Assembly (NCBI GenBank): GCA_964440805.1
Contig: CAYTTR010000005.1
Span: forward strand, 19,847-83,846
DNA: 64,000 nt
From: an uncultured Eubacteriales bacterium
Lineage (GTDB): Bacteria; Acidobacteriota; Aminicenantia; Aminicenantales; Aminicenantaceae
Reading direction: 5' to 3'
Below are positions 37,348 through 46,662 of this stretch, in pieces. The notes beneath the pieces are model-generated. The model did not search any database and was not told the DNA's origin. It saw nothing but the letters and a program-made list of their open reading frames with translations. The position numbers were made by a program, and so were the translations under genes. Every line of letters begins with the position of its first letter. Position 1 is the first letter of the stretch.

Positions 37348-40215
37348 TTAGAATTGGAATCTGATACCGAACTGGAACACAGCGGGGTTAAGGAACCTTT
37401 CAATCTGGTCAGTTGCTCCAGTGAGAACTGGATTCCTTTTGAGTACAGTGGCATTGTTGGTGACATTAAAAGCATCCACATGGACAGAGACCTGGGCTCT
37501 TTCCCAGACCCGGAAAACTTTTTCCAAACCCAGATTCAAAACCCAAAGAGCGGGTAAGCGGTCGTCTCCGAACTTTTTCCCGCCTTCGTAGTTATAGGTA
37601 GTTCCCAAGCCTGAACCTCTGCTAAAAGGGGCATAATAGGGTATTATATAACCTTCTCTTGCCACCAGCACAGCACTGAGATTTATTTCATAGGGGAACT
37701 GGTAAAGTCCGGCCAGCTTGAATTCCCAGCGAGAGTTAACAAAGATACCGGTCAGGCCGGAACCTCCGGATTGAGGAGCAACTACCCCTCCATCGAAATA
37801 ATCAAAGTTTGTCTTGTCAAAGTATTCCGATTCATCGCGGAACTGCCTCCAGTCAGATAGAGTCAAAGAGGCATCCATCATCCAGTTATGGGAGAATCTC
37901 TTTTTCAAAACCAATGAAGCAGCCAGATAACGGGAATAAGTCTTTTCGTAATTTGTTCTGTAACTGGCCACCGGTATTTCATACCTCTCATAGTAAGGCT
38001 GGCCCAGATTGGGGTCGGTCCCCGCCAGAAACCAGTTGTCGGCAGTTTCAATGGAACCGTCTTCCATTATTCCAATGGTCCGGGTAGCCCGGTGTCTCTT
38101 TTTATAGAAGAGGTTAAGTGAGGAAGCCAGGTCAGTGCTTATCTCCCTTTCAATGGTCAGAGTGACTTCATCAATCAAAGGAGAATTGTAATCAGGGTCA
38201 AATCGATTGGCACTTTCTGGATTATAAGGATCAGTCCGGTCAAAACCGCCGTACCAGAAGGCATTTTTTGGATCAAGAACCAAAAATTCCCCTGCTTGAG
38301 GTTTACCATCGCCATTGGTATCAAACCAGGGGACAGCAATGTAACGGGTACCCACTGTCCATAGAAAAGCAGCAATTGAGTTTCCTGACTGGGAACCATA
38401 TCTGGCCAAAGCCAGCTTGAAGACGGTTTTACCATCTCCCATTAAGTCATAGGTCAGGCTGAACCGGGGAGAAAGAACTTTCCATTTGGTATCAATGTCT
38501 CTGGCTGGAGCTTCCATTGGGCCAAGATAGTCGGGCCAGGGGTTAACCCCATCCAATTCAAATCCTTTGGCTTCAGCTTCATTATGGGCTCCCTGCTCTA
38601 TGTCATAGCGAAGACCCAGCATTAGAACCAGGCGGCCAAAGCTCATGGTATCTGAGATGTAAGCAGAATATCTTTTGAAATTGACATCGAAGACACCGTT
38701 GGTATTGGGTTCAAAAACGTCAAAGGGATAGCCGAAGTCTGAAAAGCGGTAAAGCATCCTTTCGTTGGGATAGTAAGTCATGGAAGTTGTATCAGCGTTA
38801 ATATAATCTACTCCGAACTTTATCTCATGATTTCCGCCCAGCACTTCTTCGGCAAAATAGTTTCCATCCAGGACTAAATTCACCTGATTTCTGTTTGTAG
38901 TGTAATGGTAAAGAGAACCATGAAAATAATAGGAAGGTACCCATGAAATCAACCAGTCTTCACCTACCGCCACTCCGTCAATAATATCATTTCCCCGGGG
39001 GTCAAGAGTGAATCCTCCATCAGTAAGGATGGCTTTAAAAGAAAGCAGCAGATCACCGAATACGTGTTGATCTGAAAAGCGGTAGAGAAATCCTGGTCCT
39101 GTCTGATCAAAAAGGGTTCCTGGATCCTGGTTGGCAGCTCCAATAACGGTTCTTCCCCACTTCAATTTGTCGTCATAAGAGAAAAACATATCTCCCATAT
39201 TGTTTCCAAACTGCCAGTTTATCTTGCCGTAACCACTTACAAGCCAGGTGGCATCTTCTGTCCCCACAATAGTCCGGGAATGAATGTCCTGAATACCCCA
39301 GGAACCATAGAAAAAGAGATGATCTTTGATGAAAGGACCACCAAAGTCTGCTCCATACATATACAACCGGAAAATTCCCGGTGATTGGTAGCCGGGAGCT
39401 AAGTCTTCAGTGGGGTGTTTGTCCAAGTTATCAAGTTCCCACTTTTCATCTTCAAAATAGAGATGGAACATGCCGGTGTAATTATTTCCGGCTCTCTTGG
39501 TAACAAAGTTCAACTGAACACCACCTGTCTGGGCGGTGATGTCGTTACTTCCGTAAGAAATCTGAAGTTCCTCATAGGCGTTCATGTTGAGATAAGCGGG
39601 AGCTGCCCCAATGGCAGAGGGGTCCGTGATATTAGCTCCATCAATTCGCCAGGTGGAGTCGCTATCAGCCACTCCGTGTCCGTAGTAAGCAGACTGCTGA
39701 CCACTTTCGTTACCCCCCACATCTTCCCGGTCAATAAGCATGCCCGGTGCCAACTGCATTATGGTCCAGGGATTCCTGGAAGTGGGAAGCTGCTGGACTT
39801 GATCTGCGGTAACATTCCTGGCTACTGTGGTAGATTTAGTATTTACCAGAGGCGAAGCAGCGGTTACGGTGACTTCCTCTTCGATGGTTGCTTGCTCCAA
39901 TGTAATTTCCAGATCCACAGTTTGGCCGACATAGAGATCCAATCCGCTACGAACAAAGGTATTGAATCCAGGAAGCTCGAAACGAAGTTCATAATTTTTG
40001 CCGACCGGAAGACTCAGAAAGCGAAAATAACCTCCCTCAGAGGTAACAGTGGTCATTTTTCCGATTTTCTCACCGGTTAAAGTAACCGCCACTCCTGGAA
40101 GAGTAGTTCCATTCTCGTCAGTAACCACTCCCTGAATTTTCCCGGTAGCAGTTTGTCCTGAAGCGAAACTCGCAACAAAAAGAAGTATTGTCAGCGAGAT
40201 TGCGAGTTTTTTCAT
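37348..40215 (-). CDS. Oar-like TonB-dependent receptor with N-terminal carboxypeptidase-regulatory domain
   Basis: MKKLAISL signal peptide after AAGGAGG; G.I.G.VTDE.G..LPGV.V; plug LP..RN...APG, IDGA.ITD, GGV..NFVTK; SPRFS..YDL.GDGKTV; ends FGIRFQF. Confidence 0.93.
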   Translation of the reverse strand: MKKLAISLTILLFVASFASGQTATGKIQGVVTDENGTTLPGVAVTLTGEKIGKMTTVTSEGGYFRFLSLPVGKNYELRFELPGFNTFVRSGLDLYVGQTVDLEITLEQATIEEEVTVTAASPLVNTKSTTVARNVTADQVQQLPTSRNPWTIMQLAPGMLIDREDVGGNESGQQSAYYGHGVADSDSTWRIDGANITDPSAIGAAPAYLNMNAYEELQISYGSNDITAQTGGVQLNFVTKRAGNNYTGMFHLYFEDEKWELDNLDKHPTEDLAPGYQSPGIFRLYMYGADFGGPFIKDHLFFYGSWGIQDIHSRTIVGTEDATWLVSGYGKINWQFGNNMGDMFFSYDDKLKWGRTVIGAANQDPGTLFDQTGPGFLYRFSDQHVFGDLLLSFKAILTDGGFTLDPRGNDIIDGVAVGEDWLISWVPSYYFHGSLYHYTTNRNQVNLVLDGNYFAEEVLGGNHEIKFGVDYINADTTSMTYYPNERMLYRFSDFGYPFDVFEPNTNGVFDVNFKRYSAYISDTMSFGRLVLMLGLRYDIEQGAHNEAEAKGFELDGVNPWPDYLGPMEAPARDIDTKWKVLSPRFSLTYDLMGDGKTVFKLALARYGSQSGNSIAAFLWTVGTRYIAVPWFDTNGDGKPQAGEFLVLDPKNAFWYGGFDRTDPYNPESANRFDPDYNSPLIDEVTLTIEREISTDLASSLNLFYKKRHRATRTIGIMEDGSIETADNWFLAGTDPNLGQPYYERYEIPVASYRTNYEKTYSRYLAASLVLKKRFSHNWMMDASLTLSDWRQFRDESEYFDKTNFDYFDGGVVAPQSGGSGLTGIFVNSRWEFKLAGLYQFPYEINLSAVLVAREGYIIPYYAPFSRGSGLGTTYNYEGGKKFGDDRLPALWVLNLGLEKVFRVWERAQVSVHVDAFNVTNNATVLKRNPVLTGATDQIERFLNPAVFQFGIRFQF

Positions 40216-40350
40216 TAAAACCTCCTTTTTACATCTTTCCTTACCCTTGGAGTGTTCTAAAAGCACTCCCCTTTTACCTGAACGTAATTCTTCTCTTTTT
40301 CTATTCTACACATCACCTCCATTTTATTTGGATTATTTACCTTTTAAGAT

Positions 40351-40368
40351 ATGCAAATTTTATGCCAG
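40351..40368 (-). promoter_or_regulatory. sigma54 -24/-12 promoter for the TonB-dependent receptor
   Basis: Minus strand reads CTGGCATAAAATTTGCAT (GG-N10-GC). Confidence 0.75.
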
Positions 40369-40472
40369 TTTTAAAATTTATTGATAACTAATGAGTTAGC
40401 TGGGAATAGAGAAAAATCATAGAAATAATAAGAGGGATTTTATCCAATTTTTTGTATTTCTTATCTAAAATT

Positions 40473-40488
40473 ATTCAAATATTTGAAT
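40473..40488. promoter_or_regulatory. Perfect 16 bp palindrome, candidate enhancer-binding-protein site
   Basis: ATTCAAATATTTGAAT about 105-120 bp upstream of the -24 element; it lies in AT-rich DNA, so a chance occurrence is possible. Confidence 0.35.
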
Positions 40489-40518
40489 CATATTTATTAT
40501 TTTTTCTTATCCTTAAAT

Positions 40519-43416
40519 TTAATGACAAATGCAGGCTGCTACTAGGACAAGAGGGTGAACCACCGGAATTTCCCCTGGCAGCTCTAAATACCTGGTACTA
40601 AAATACTTTGTCAGAGCCTTGTCCTCCGGTTCAAAATTCTTTATTCCCAGCATTTTTCTAATTTGCAGCCGGCAGGTCACACAGGGAGAAACCACAATTT
40701 CCGGATTAACGGAACGAATTTCTTGAATCAATTCTTCTCCTATCTTCTCTGCATGGGAAGCCCATCGCTTCTCGAATCCCCGGCTCCCGCCAAAGCCGCA
40801 GCAATTGGTTTTCAATTCAATAACCTCGGTTCCTGGGAGAGGCCTTAGAAAATCGAGCAATGATTTCTCTTTTCCCAGCACTTTAAGGTGACAGGGAACC
40901 TGCACCGCCACTTTCAGCCGGGAAAAACCGGCTAAGGCTCCAGTCTCCTTATTAAAGAGAGTTGACTTTAATATAACCTCGTCATTACTTTTATATTCTA
41001 CTTTTTTCTGAAGAAAAAGATTGTTGATAAAATCAACAGCTTCATGAAACAATCTTTTTCCATTTTCCTCTATTAAGAACCCGGAGAAAGAAACAGCGTG
41101 ATCACGAAAGGGAATCATACAGGAAGGCGAGGTAAAGAGAACCGGAATTCTCTCATCAAGGTATGGTTTTAATTTTTTCAACGATTCTTCTAATTGAAAC
41201 GAAGCTTTTTTTGTCAAACCGCGGACAAAGGCAGGCTCACCGCAGCAGAGACCGCTGATCATTTCCACTTTATAGTTGAATTTTTCCAAAAGCTTAAAAG
41301 CCGCCTTGACTTCTGAAGAATTAAAGAAATCTCCTGAACAGCCTGAAAACAAGACCGCTTTTTCTTTTTCTTGATTTATTTCATCTTCACCCTCTTCCCT
41401 TTTAAGAAAATCAAATTTCAGGGAATCCAGATTGGCCATTCCTGAAACAGCAGCAAGCTTTTTAGTAAGCCTGAAATTAAGTGCTTTCCCGGATAAGGGC
41501 CACAAGCTGCGGACAAACTTACCCATTCGTCTCGATCGGGATAAAAGTCTATCAGAAAGAGGAGCCGGCTTGTGTTTATATTTTTCCTCAAAATAGGTTT
41601 CAATCAAGCTGGCTACATCCACTTTAGTCCCGCACTCCCTCTGACATGTTTTACAGTGAAGACAGAGGTTGAAAAATTCATTTAAATCTTCACGTTCAAA
41701 AGGCTTTTTCAGGTGGCCGGCAATGATTTCTCTTAATAAATTAATCCTGGCTCTGGAAAGTGCTCTCTCCCCCCGTTCGCTCCGGATTACCGGGCAAAAA
41801 CTCACACACTTCCCGCAGCCATGACAATCTTCAATTTCAACCGTTAATCGATTTAAAGCCCCGGAGCCTTTATGTCTATAACCTTCGTAGTATTTCAAGA
41901 AATCCTTTACCCCGTAATTCCGGACAGGGACAATGGATAAAGGATTTAACCTGAAATCAGGGTCGAATATTTTCTTGAGCCTTTGAAAATAGGGATAAAC
42001 ATTGCCCCAGATTTCTTTTAAATAGGGAGTGCGGAGAAGGCCATCCCCATGCTCGCCCGAAGGAACTCCTTTGAGACTGCGGGAAAAAAGAGCATGCTCC
42101 CGGCCCAATTGTTCAATTAAATCCGGAAATCCAGGGGACATTCTGTTTAAGCGGGGCGAAAAATGGAGAAGCCCCTGACCGGCATGACCGAAAAGAGCGG
42201 CCGAGGTGTTGTATTTTTGGAGAAGTTTCTCCAGTCCCATAACAAAATCAAGCAACCTCTCAGCCGGCACAGCAGCATCTTCTATCCAGCGGACCGGTTT
42301 TTTCCCGGGAAGACGGGAAAGATAAGCGGCAGCGGAGCGCCGGATAGCCCAGACCCAGGCCATCTCAGCCGGCTCTTCAGCTAAGCGGGATGAAAAAGCA
42401 GAAGAACGTCTGATAAGTTCTCTGGCCCGCCTCTCAAGATCCTGAGGGTTGCTTCCATCAAATTCAGCCAGGATAAAAAACTCAGTGCCTTTGGGAAGCC
42501 GGTTATAATTCTCCGGTTCTTCAGAAGCAATAATCCTTAAAAACTCCTGAGCCAGAACTTGAATAGTGGAAGGTTTTAAATCCAGAAAATCCTTAACTTC
42601 TGAAAAGGCCTGAAGATGGTCTTTATAGGAAAGGAGTACTGAATATCTAAGAGGAGGAATTGGGGCAAGAGTTAGGGTTATTTCAGAAAAAATTCCCAGG
42701 GTACCCTCAGAACCGCAAAAAATTCTGGTTAAATCCACACCTTCCTGTGATAAAGCCTCAAATAAATTATAACCACATGAGTTCCTGAAACTTTGCGGCT
42801 TATTCTTAGCGAGAACAGGCCGGGCTTCTCTCAGCAGCTCTTCGACCTGATTTTTATATTTTACCGGAGCGGAACCGGAATTGGTGACCATAATCTCTTC
42901 TGCTTCCGGGGTAATAACTTTCAGGCTTTTTATGTAATTTTTGGTGGTCCCGTAGAGCAAAGAATGAGCTCCCCCTGAATTATTGGCCGTCATGCCGCCC
43001 AGAGAGGCATAATCCGAGGAAGACGGATCAGGAGGAAAAAACAATCCCTGAAGTCTGATTGCTTTGAGTAAGTCCGACCGGATAAGACCGGGCTGAACAG
43101 TTACAGAAGGCTCAGCTCGATTTAAATGAATAAGCTTATTCATATGGACTGAAAAATCAAGGATAATCCCTTCTCCCAGATTTTGGCCGGCTACACCAGA
43201 GCCGCAACCTCTGGCTGTTAGAGGGATGTCTTCCTCTGCCGCAATTCGTACTGCTTGAAGGACATCCTCCTTATCAAGAGGATAAATTACACCGGCCGGG
43301 ATTAAATAACAGATAGAAGCTGAGTAAGCATAAAGTCTCCTGGTCAGCTCGTCAAAAAAAACTTCTCCTTTTATTTTTTGAGCGAATTGCTTTTTAACAG
43401 ATGATGATATTTCCAT
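40519..43416 (-). CDS. FAD-linked oxidase/Fe-S/CCG-domain oxidoreductase (YdiJ/GlcDF-like 2-hydroxy-acid dehydrogenase family)
   Basis: RGCGSGVAGQ, FPPDPSS, GSEGTLG, GHAG.G.LH, SGEHGDG, CHGCGKCVSFCP, CLHCKTCQREC, two CCG motifs. Confidence 0.9.
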   Translation of the reverse strand: MEISSSVKKQFAQKIKGEVFFDELTRRLYAYSASICYLIPAGVIYPLDKEDVLQAVRIAAEEDIPLTARGCGSGVAGQNLGEGIILDFSVHMNKLIHLNRAEPSVTVQPGLIRSDLLKAIRLQGLFFPPDPSSSDYASLGGMTANNSGGAHSLLYGTTKNYIKSLKVITPEAEEIMVTNSGSAPVKYKNQVEELLREARPVLAKNKPQSFRNSCGYNLFEALSQEGVDLTRIFCGSEGTLGIFSEITLTLAPIPPLRYSVLLSYKDHLQAFSEVKDFLDLKPSTIQVLAQEFLRIIASEEPENYNRLPKGTEFFILAEFDGSNPQDLERRARELIRRSSAFSSRLAEEPAEMAWVWAIRRSAAAYLSRLPGKKPVRWIEDAAVPAERLLDFVMGLEKLLQKYNTSAALFGHAGQGLLHFSPRLNRMSPGFPDLIEQLGREHALFSRSLKGVPSGEHGDGLLRTPYLKEIWGNVYPYFQRLKKIFDPDFRLNPLSIVPVRNYGVKDFLKYYEGYRHKGSGALNRLTVEIEDCHGCGKCVSFCPVIRSERGERALSRARINLLREIIAGHLKKPFEREDLNEFFNLCLHCKTCQRECGTKVDVASLIETYFEEKYKHKPAPLSDRLLSRSRRMGKFVRSLWPLSGKALNFRLTKKLAAVSGMANLDSLKFDFLKREEGEDEINQEKEKAVLFSGCSGDFFNSSEVKAAFKLLEKFNYKVEMISGLCCGEPAFVRGLTKKASFQLEESLKKLKPYLDERIPVLFTSPSCMIPFRDHAVSFSGFLIEENGKRLFHEAVDFINNLFLQKKVEYKSNDEVILKSTLFNKETGALAGFSRLKVAVQVPCHLKVLGKEKSLLDFLRPLPGTEVIELKTNCCGFGGSRGFEKRWASHAEKIGEELIQEIRSVNPEIVVSPCVTCRLQIRKMLGIKNFEPEDKALTKYFSTRYLELPGEIPVVHPLVLVAACICH

Positions 43417-43494
43417 TATTTCTTTGATTGAAAATTATGCGTTAAAGTAAAGCATTCGGACAATTTTTATCTTTCCGGTAAAATAAGAAAACTA

Positions 43495-43523
43495 ATTATA
43501 AGGTGATTAAACCCCTAAAACAA
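43495..43523 (-). promoter_or_regulatory. Candidate sigma70 promoter of the FAD/Fe-S oxidoreductase
   Basis: Minus strand TTGTTT, 17 bp spacer, TATAAT. Confidence 0.45.
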
Positions 43524-43525
43524 GT

Positions 43526-43546
43526 AAAAAAGGGGGACGTTCCCCT
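43526..43546 (-). terminator. Candidate intrinsic terminator after the 43551-44156 lipoprotein gene
   Basis: Minus strand GGGGA-ACG-TCCCC then CTTTTTT, directly after the stop codon. Confidence 0.5.
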
Positions 43547-43550
43547 ATCT

Positions 43551-44156
43551 TTATTTGACAAGATTCCGGACGGTTAAATTGAAGACATCCTTTGCCCTGC
43601 ACTCTTTGGTTACAGGATAAGCATCAATAAGATTCCGCAGGGACTCTTGATTTAATTCATCGAATTGAAAATCAAGGAAAATGAGATTTTTCTTTCCCTC
43701 AACAAGATAGACATATCTTGTTTCCTGGTAATAATCCCAGCAAATACCGACTTTATCGAGATCCAAAAGGTAGTTAAATTCATCTTGTTGGATAATTTGA
43801 GGCGTTAACTTTCCCGGCTGAACTTTCATGATGACTTTTTGAACCGGGCTCCATGAAAGAGTATCTTTATCGAACCTGCTAAAGTCAGAAAAATAATAAA
43901 TTGGGCCCAATTCTTCATCATCATGAATACCCATAAATACGCCGATAATTATTTCATCCGCATTATAATATGATTTATGCATTTCTTGACCCATAGAACG
44001 CTGGAATGGCTTCAGTACAAAACCGCGCGGCACAGGAGGTGGAGCGGGTTCAGCCTTAGCTGGTTCTGGCTCGACTTTGGGAGCTCTGGCACAGCTTGTA
44101 ACCAGTGCAGCCGCTAAAATAATATAAGTTTCATACCTAATGAACTTTTTAAACAT
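43551..44156 (-). CDS. Hypothetical lipoprotein
   Basis: Lipobox LVTS-C, Pro-rich linker, GGAG RBS. Confidence 0.75.
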   Translation of the reverse strand: MFKKFIRYETYIILAAALVTSCARAPKVEPEPAKAEPAPPPVPRGFVLKPFQRSMGQEMHKSYYNADEIIIGVFMGIHDDEELGPIYYFSDFSRFDKDTLSWSPVQKVIMKVQPGKLTPQIIQQDEFNYLLDLDKVGICWDYYQETRYVYLVEGKKNLIFLDFQFDELNQESLRNLIDAYPVTKECRAKDVFNLTVRNLVK

Positions 44157-44328
44157 TTTATCCGACTCTCCGTTTTCAGATAAATTGAAATCAATTTTCT
44201 TAAGAAGCCCCAGTTTAGTTAAATTCCAGAATAAAGTCCACTTTGATTAAGTTTCTCTCTTTTCCCCAGGATAATTGACCGCCGGGAAAGTCTGTGCTAT
44301 AGAAAAAGAAAAAATAAAAGAAAACAAT

Positions 44329-45549
44329 ATGAACAAAAAACCAAAAGATTCCAACCATTCTTCAGAAAAATTCTCTGCCTCTTTAACAGAGAATGAACCT
44401 CCTCCGCCTGAAATAAACTCAAAAAATTCCCCAAACGCTATAAACGCAACAAACGCTATTAACTCCCATGATACAGGGGGCAATTTTTTTCCTCTTGATG
44501 AAGCCTCTTCCCACATTCTTGAATTGACCGCTGAGCTGGAGGCTCAACGAAAAGTGGCCATGAACAGCTCCCTTCCTCTTGAAAAGCGCTTGGAGGCCTT
44601 CGAAGACATTATGGAGTCGGAAATAGGCGATACCGCGCTTCATCGTGCCCGGAACATTGAACGAGAAGTCGGACTGCGCCAGATATATTTAAAATTTGAA
44701 GGAGGGAACCCCACCGGTACCCAAAAAGACAGGATAGCTTTTTCCCAGGCAATGGATGCTCTTCGGGCCGGTTACCAAAGCATAACCACAGCAACTTGCG
44801 GAAATTACGGAGTAGCTGTAGCCCTGGCAGCTTCTCTGGCCGGATTAAAGTGCATTATTTTTATTCCTGAAAACTATCATACCAAAAGGGCTCAGGAAAT
44901 GATTTCTTTCGGGGCTGAACTCCGCCGAGTTCCCGGTGATTATGAAAGAACGGTCATTATCTCCCGCGAATTTGCCGAATCGGAAGAAGAAGTTTACGAT
45001 GCCAACCCGGGAGGAGCCAATACCATTTTGCAGCTCAAAGCTTACGGTGAAATCGCTTATGAAATATATGACGAACTGCGTGACGCCCCATCAGCCTTGG
45101 CTGTTCCGGTTTCCAACGGAACCACTCTGGCTGGAATCCACCGGGGGTTTCTTAGTCTTTACCGGCGGGGAAAAACCTCCAAGGTTCCCCAGATGATAGG
45201 CGGTTCATCTTACCGGAAAAATCCCATAATCCATGCTTTCATAAAAAATATCTCTACATGCCAGGATTTAAAGCCTGAACAAATTAAAGAAACCGCCATA
45301 AACGAGCCCCTGATAAACTGGCAATCAATTGACGGAGATCAGACCTTGGCTGCCATCCGATTATCCCAAGGCTGGGCCGCTTATGCCAGCGACAAAAGCA
45401 TGCTTTACTTCTCACGTCTTATCCGGGAGCAAGAAGGTCTCAACATATTACCTGCCGCCACTGCCGGACTAATTGCTCTTTTAGAAAAGCATAAAAGAGA
45501 GACCCTTCCAAATGATCGTTATGTAGTTATTTTAACAGGGAGAAAATAA
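44329..45549 (+). CDS. PLP-dependent fold-type II enzyme, threonine synthase-like with divergent motifs
   Basis: GDT.L.RARN, LKFEGGNPTGTQKDR (PLP Lys), ATCGNYG, VPVSNGTTLAG, VVILTG. Start placed at ATG 44329; the TTGACC at 44275 may be a -35 element rather than a start. Confidence 0.88.
   Translation: MNKKPKDSNHSSEKFSASLTENEPPPPEINSKNSPNAINATNAINSHDTGGNFFPLDEASSHILELTAELEAQRKVAMNSSLPLEKRLEAFEDIMESEIGDTALHRARNIEREVGLRQIYLKFEGGNPTGTQKDRIAFSQAMDALRAGYQSITTATCGNYGVAVALAASLAGLKCIIFIPENYHTKRAQEMISFGAELRRVPGDYERTVIISREFAESEEEVYDANPGGANTILQLKAYGEIAYEIYDELRDAPSALAVPVSNGTTLAGIHRGFLSLYRRGKTSKVPQMIGGSSYRKNPIIHAFIKNISTCQDLKPEQIKETAINEPLINWQSIDGDQTLAAIRLSQGWAAYASDKSMLYFSRLIREQEGLNILPAATAGLIALLEKHKRETLPNDRYVVILTGRK
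44413..44466 (+). repeat. Six degenerate 9 bp units in the disordered N-terminus (INS KNS PNA INA TNA INS)
   Basis: ataaactca aaaaattcc ccaaacgct ataaacgca acaaacgct attaactcc. Confidence 0.65.
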
Positions 45550-46634
45550 TGACATCTTCCCTCCCTGAAGGAAATGCGATTGTCTATTGTGAAGGAGCCT
45601 TCGAGACTCCCAACGGCAAAACAGCTCATGGCCTTGTCCGTTTTTCTAAAAGATACAAGGTCCTTTCAGTTATTGATTCCCGTTTAGCTGGAAATGATGC
45701 CGGTGGAGTCTTAAACGGGCGGCCCAAAGGAATTCCTATTGTAAAAAATCTAAAGGCTGCTCTTGATTCAGCCCGCCGGCAAAACCTTAAGGCTACTCAT
45801 TTTGTTTTTGGAGTCGCCCCTGATGGAGGAAGATTTACTGCCTCTGACCGGGAAGCCATCCGCGAAGCCATTCTCATGGGGCTTAATGTAGATTCCGGCC
45901 TCCATGATTTCATGACGGATGACCCGGAACTAAGCGCCTTGGCCCGGGATGCCGGCGTCAAGCTTCGTGATGTAAGAAAACCTCCTCCTCCCTCCTCTCT
46001 CCACTTTTTTAACGGCAAAATCGAAGAAGTAACCTCTTTGAAAGTGGCTATGCTGGGAACAGATTCAGCGGTGGGAAAAAGAACCACGGCTTGGGTTCTG
46101 GTAAAGGTTCTTAATTCAAGCGGCCACAGGGCTGAACTTATCGGGACCGGCCAGACCGCCTGGCTGCAAGGTGTCCGCTACGGAATAATCATGGATTCCC
46201 TGATAAATGATTTTGTTTCCGGCGAAATTGAGCATGCCGTCTGGACTGCCTGGAAAGAAGCCTGTCCTGAGGTGCTGGTTATTGAAGGACAAGGAAGCTT
46301 AATGAATCCAGCCTACCCCGGCGGCTTCGAAATTCTGGCTGCCGGCCGCCCCGATGCAATTTACCTCCAGCATGCTCCGGCCCGCAAAGAATATGACGGC
46401 TTTCCCGGTTATCCTATCCAGCCTATTGAAACGCAGATCCAAGCTATAGAGCTTCTTTCCGGAAAACCGGTTATTGCCATCACCATCAATCACGAAAAAC
46501 TCAATGAAGACCAGATTGCCCGGGAAATCGTTTCTCTTAACCGGCGAACAGGCCTCCCCGTTATTGATCCTCTCCATTGTCAACCCTCGGAAATCATTGC
46601 TCCTCTTTTTCCCTATTTGAAAAAAAGACAATAA
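45549..46634 (+). CDS. DUF1611 protein, DgcN-like D-glutamate N-acetyltransferase family
   Basis: GKTAHGL.R, SGLH, GTDSAVGKRTT, TGQT, DFVSG..E, EGQGSL. Confidence 0.9.
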   Translation: MTSSLPEGNAIVYCEGAFETPNGKTAHGLVRFSKRYKVLSVIDSRLAGNDAGGVLNGRPKGIPIVKNLKAALDSARRQNLKATHFVFGVAPDGGRFTASDREAIREAILMGLNVDSGLHDFMTDDPELSALARDAGVKLRDVRKPPPPSSLHFFNGKIEEVTSLKVAMLGTDSAVGKRTTAWVLVKVLNSSGHRAELIGTGQTAWLQGVRYGIIMDSLINDFVSGEIEHAVWTAWKEACPEVLVIEGQGSLMNPAYPGGFEILAAGRPDAIYLQHAPARKEYDGFPGYPIQPIETQIQAIELLSGKPVIAITINHEKLNEDQIAREIVSLNRRTGLPVIDPLHCQPSEIIAPLFPYLKKRQ

Positions 46635-46662
46635 AAGAGATAATATTGCTCCTGAGGTGCAA

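Noticed and set aside
39415-40080. 221 aa ORF antisense to the TonB receptor
   Set aside because: Shadow of a well-supported gene with no domain signal.
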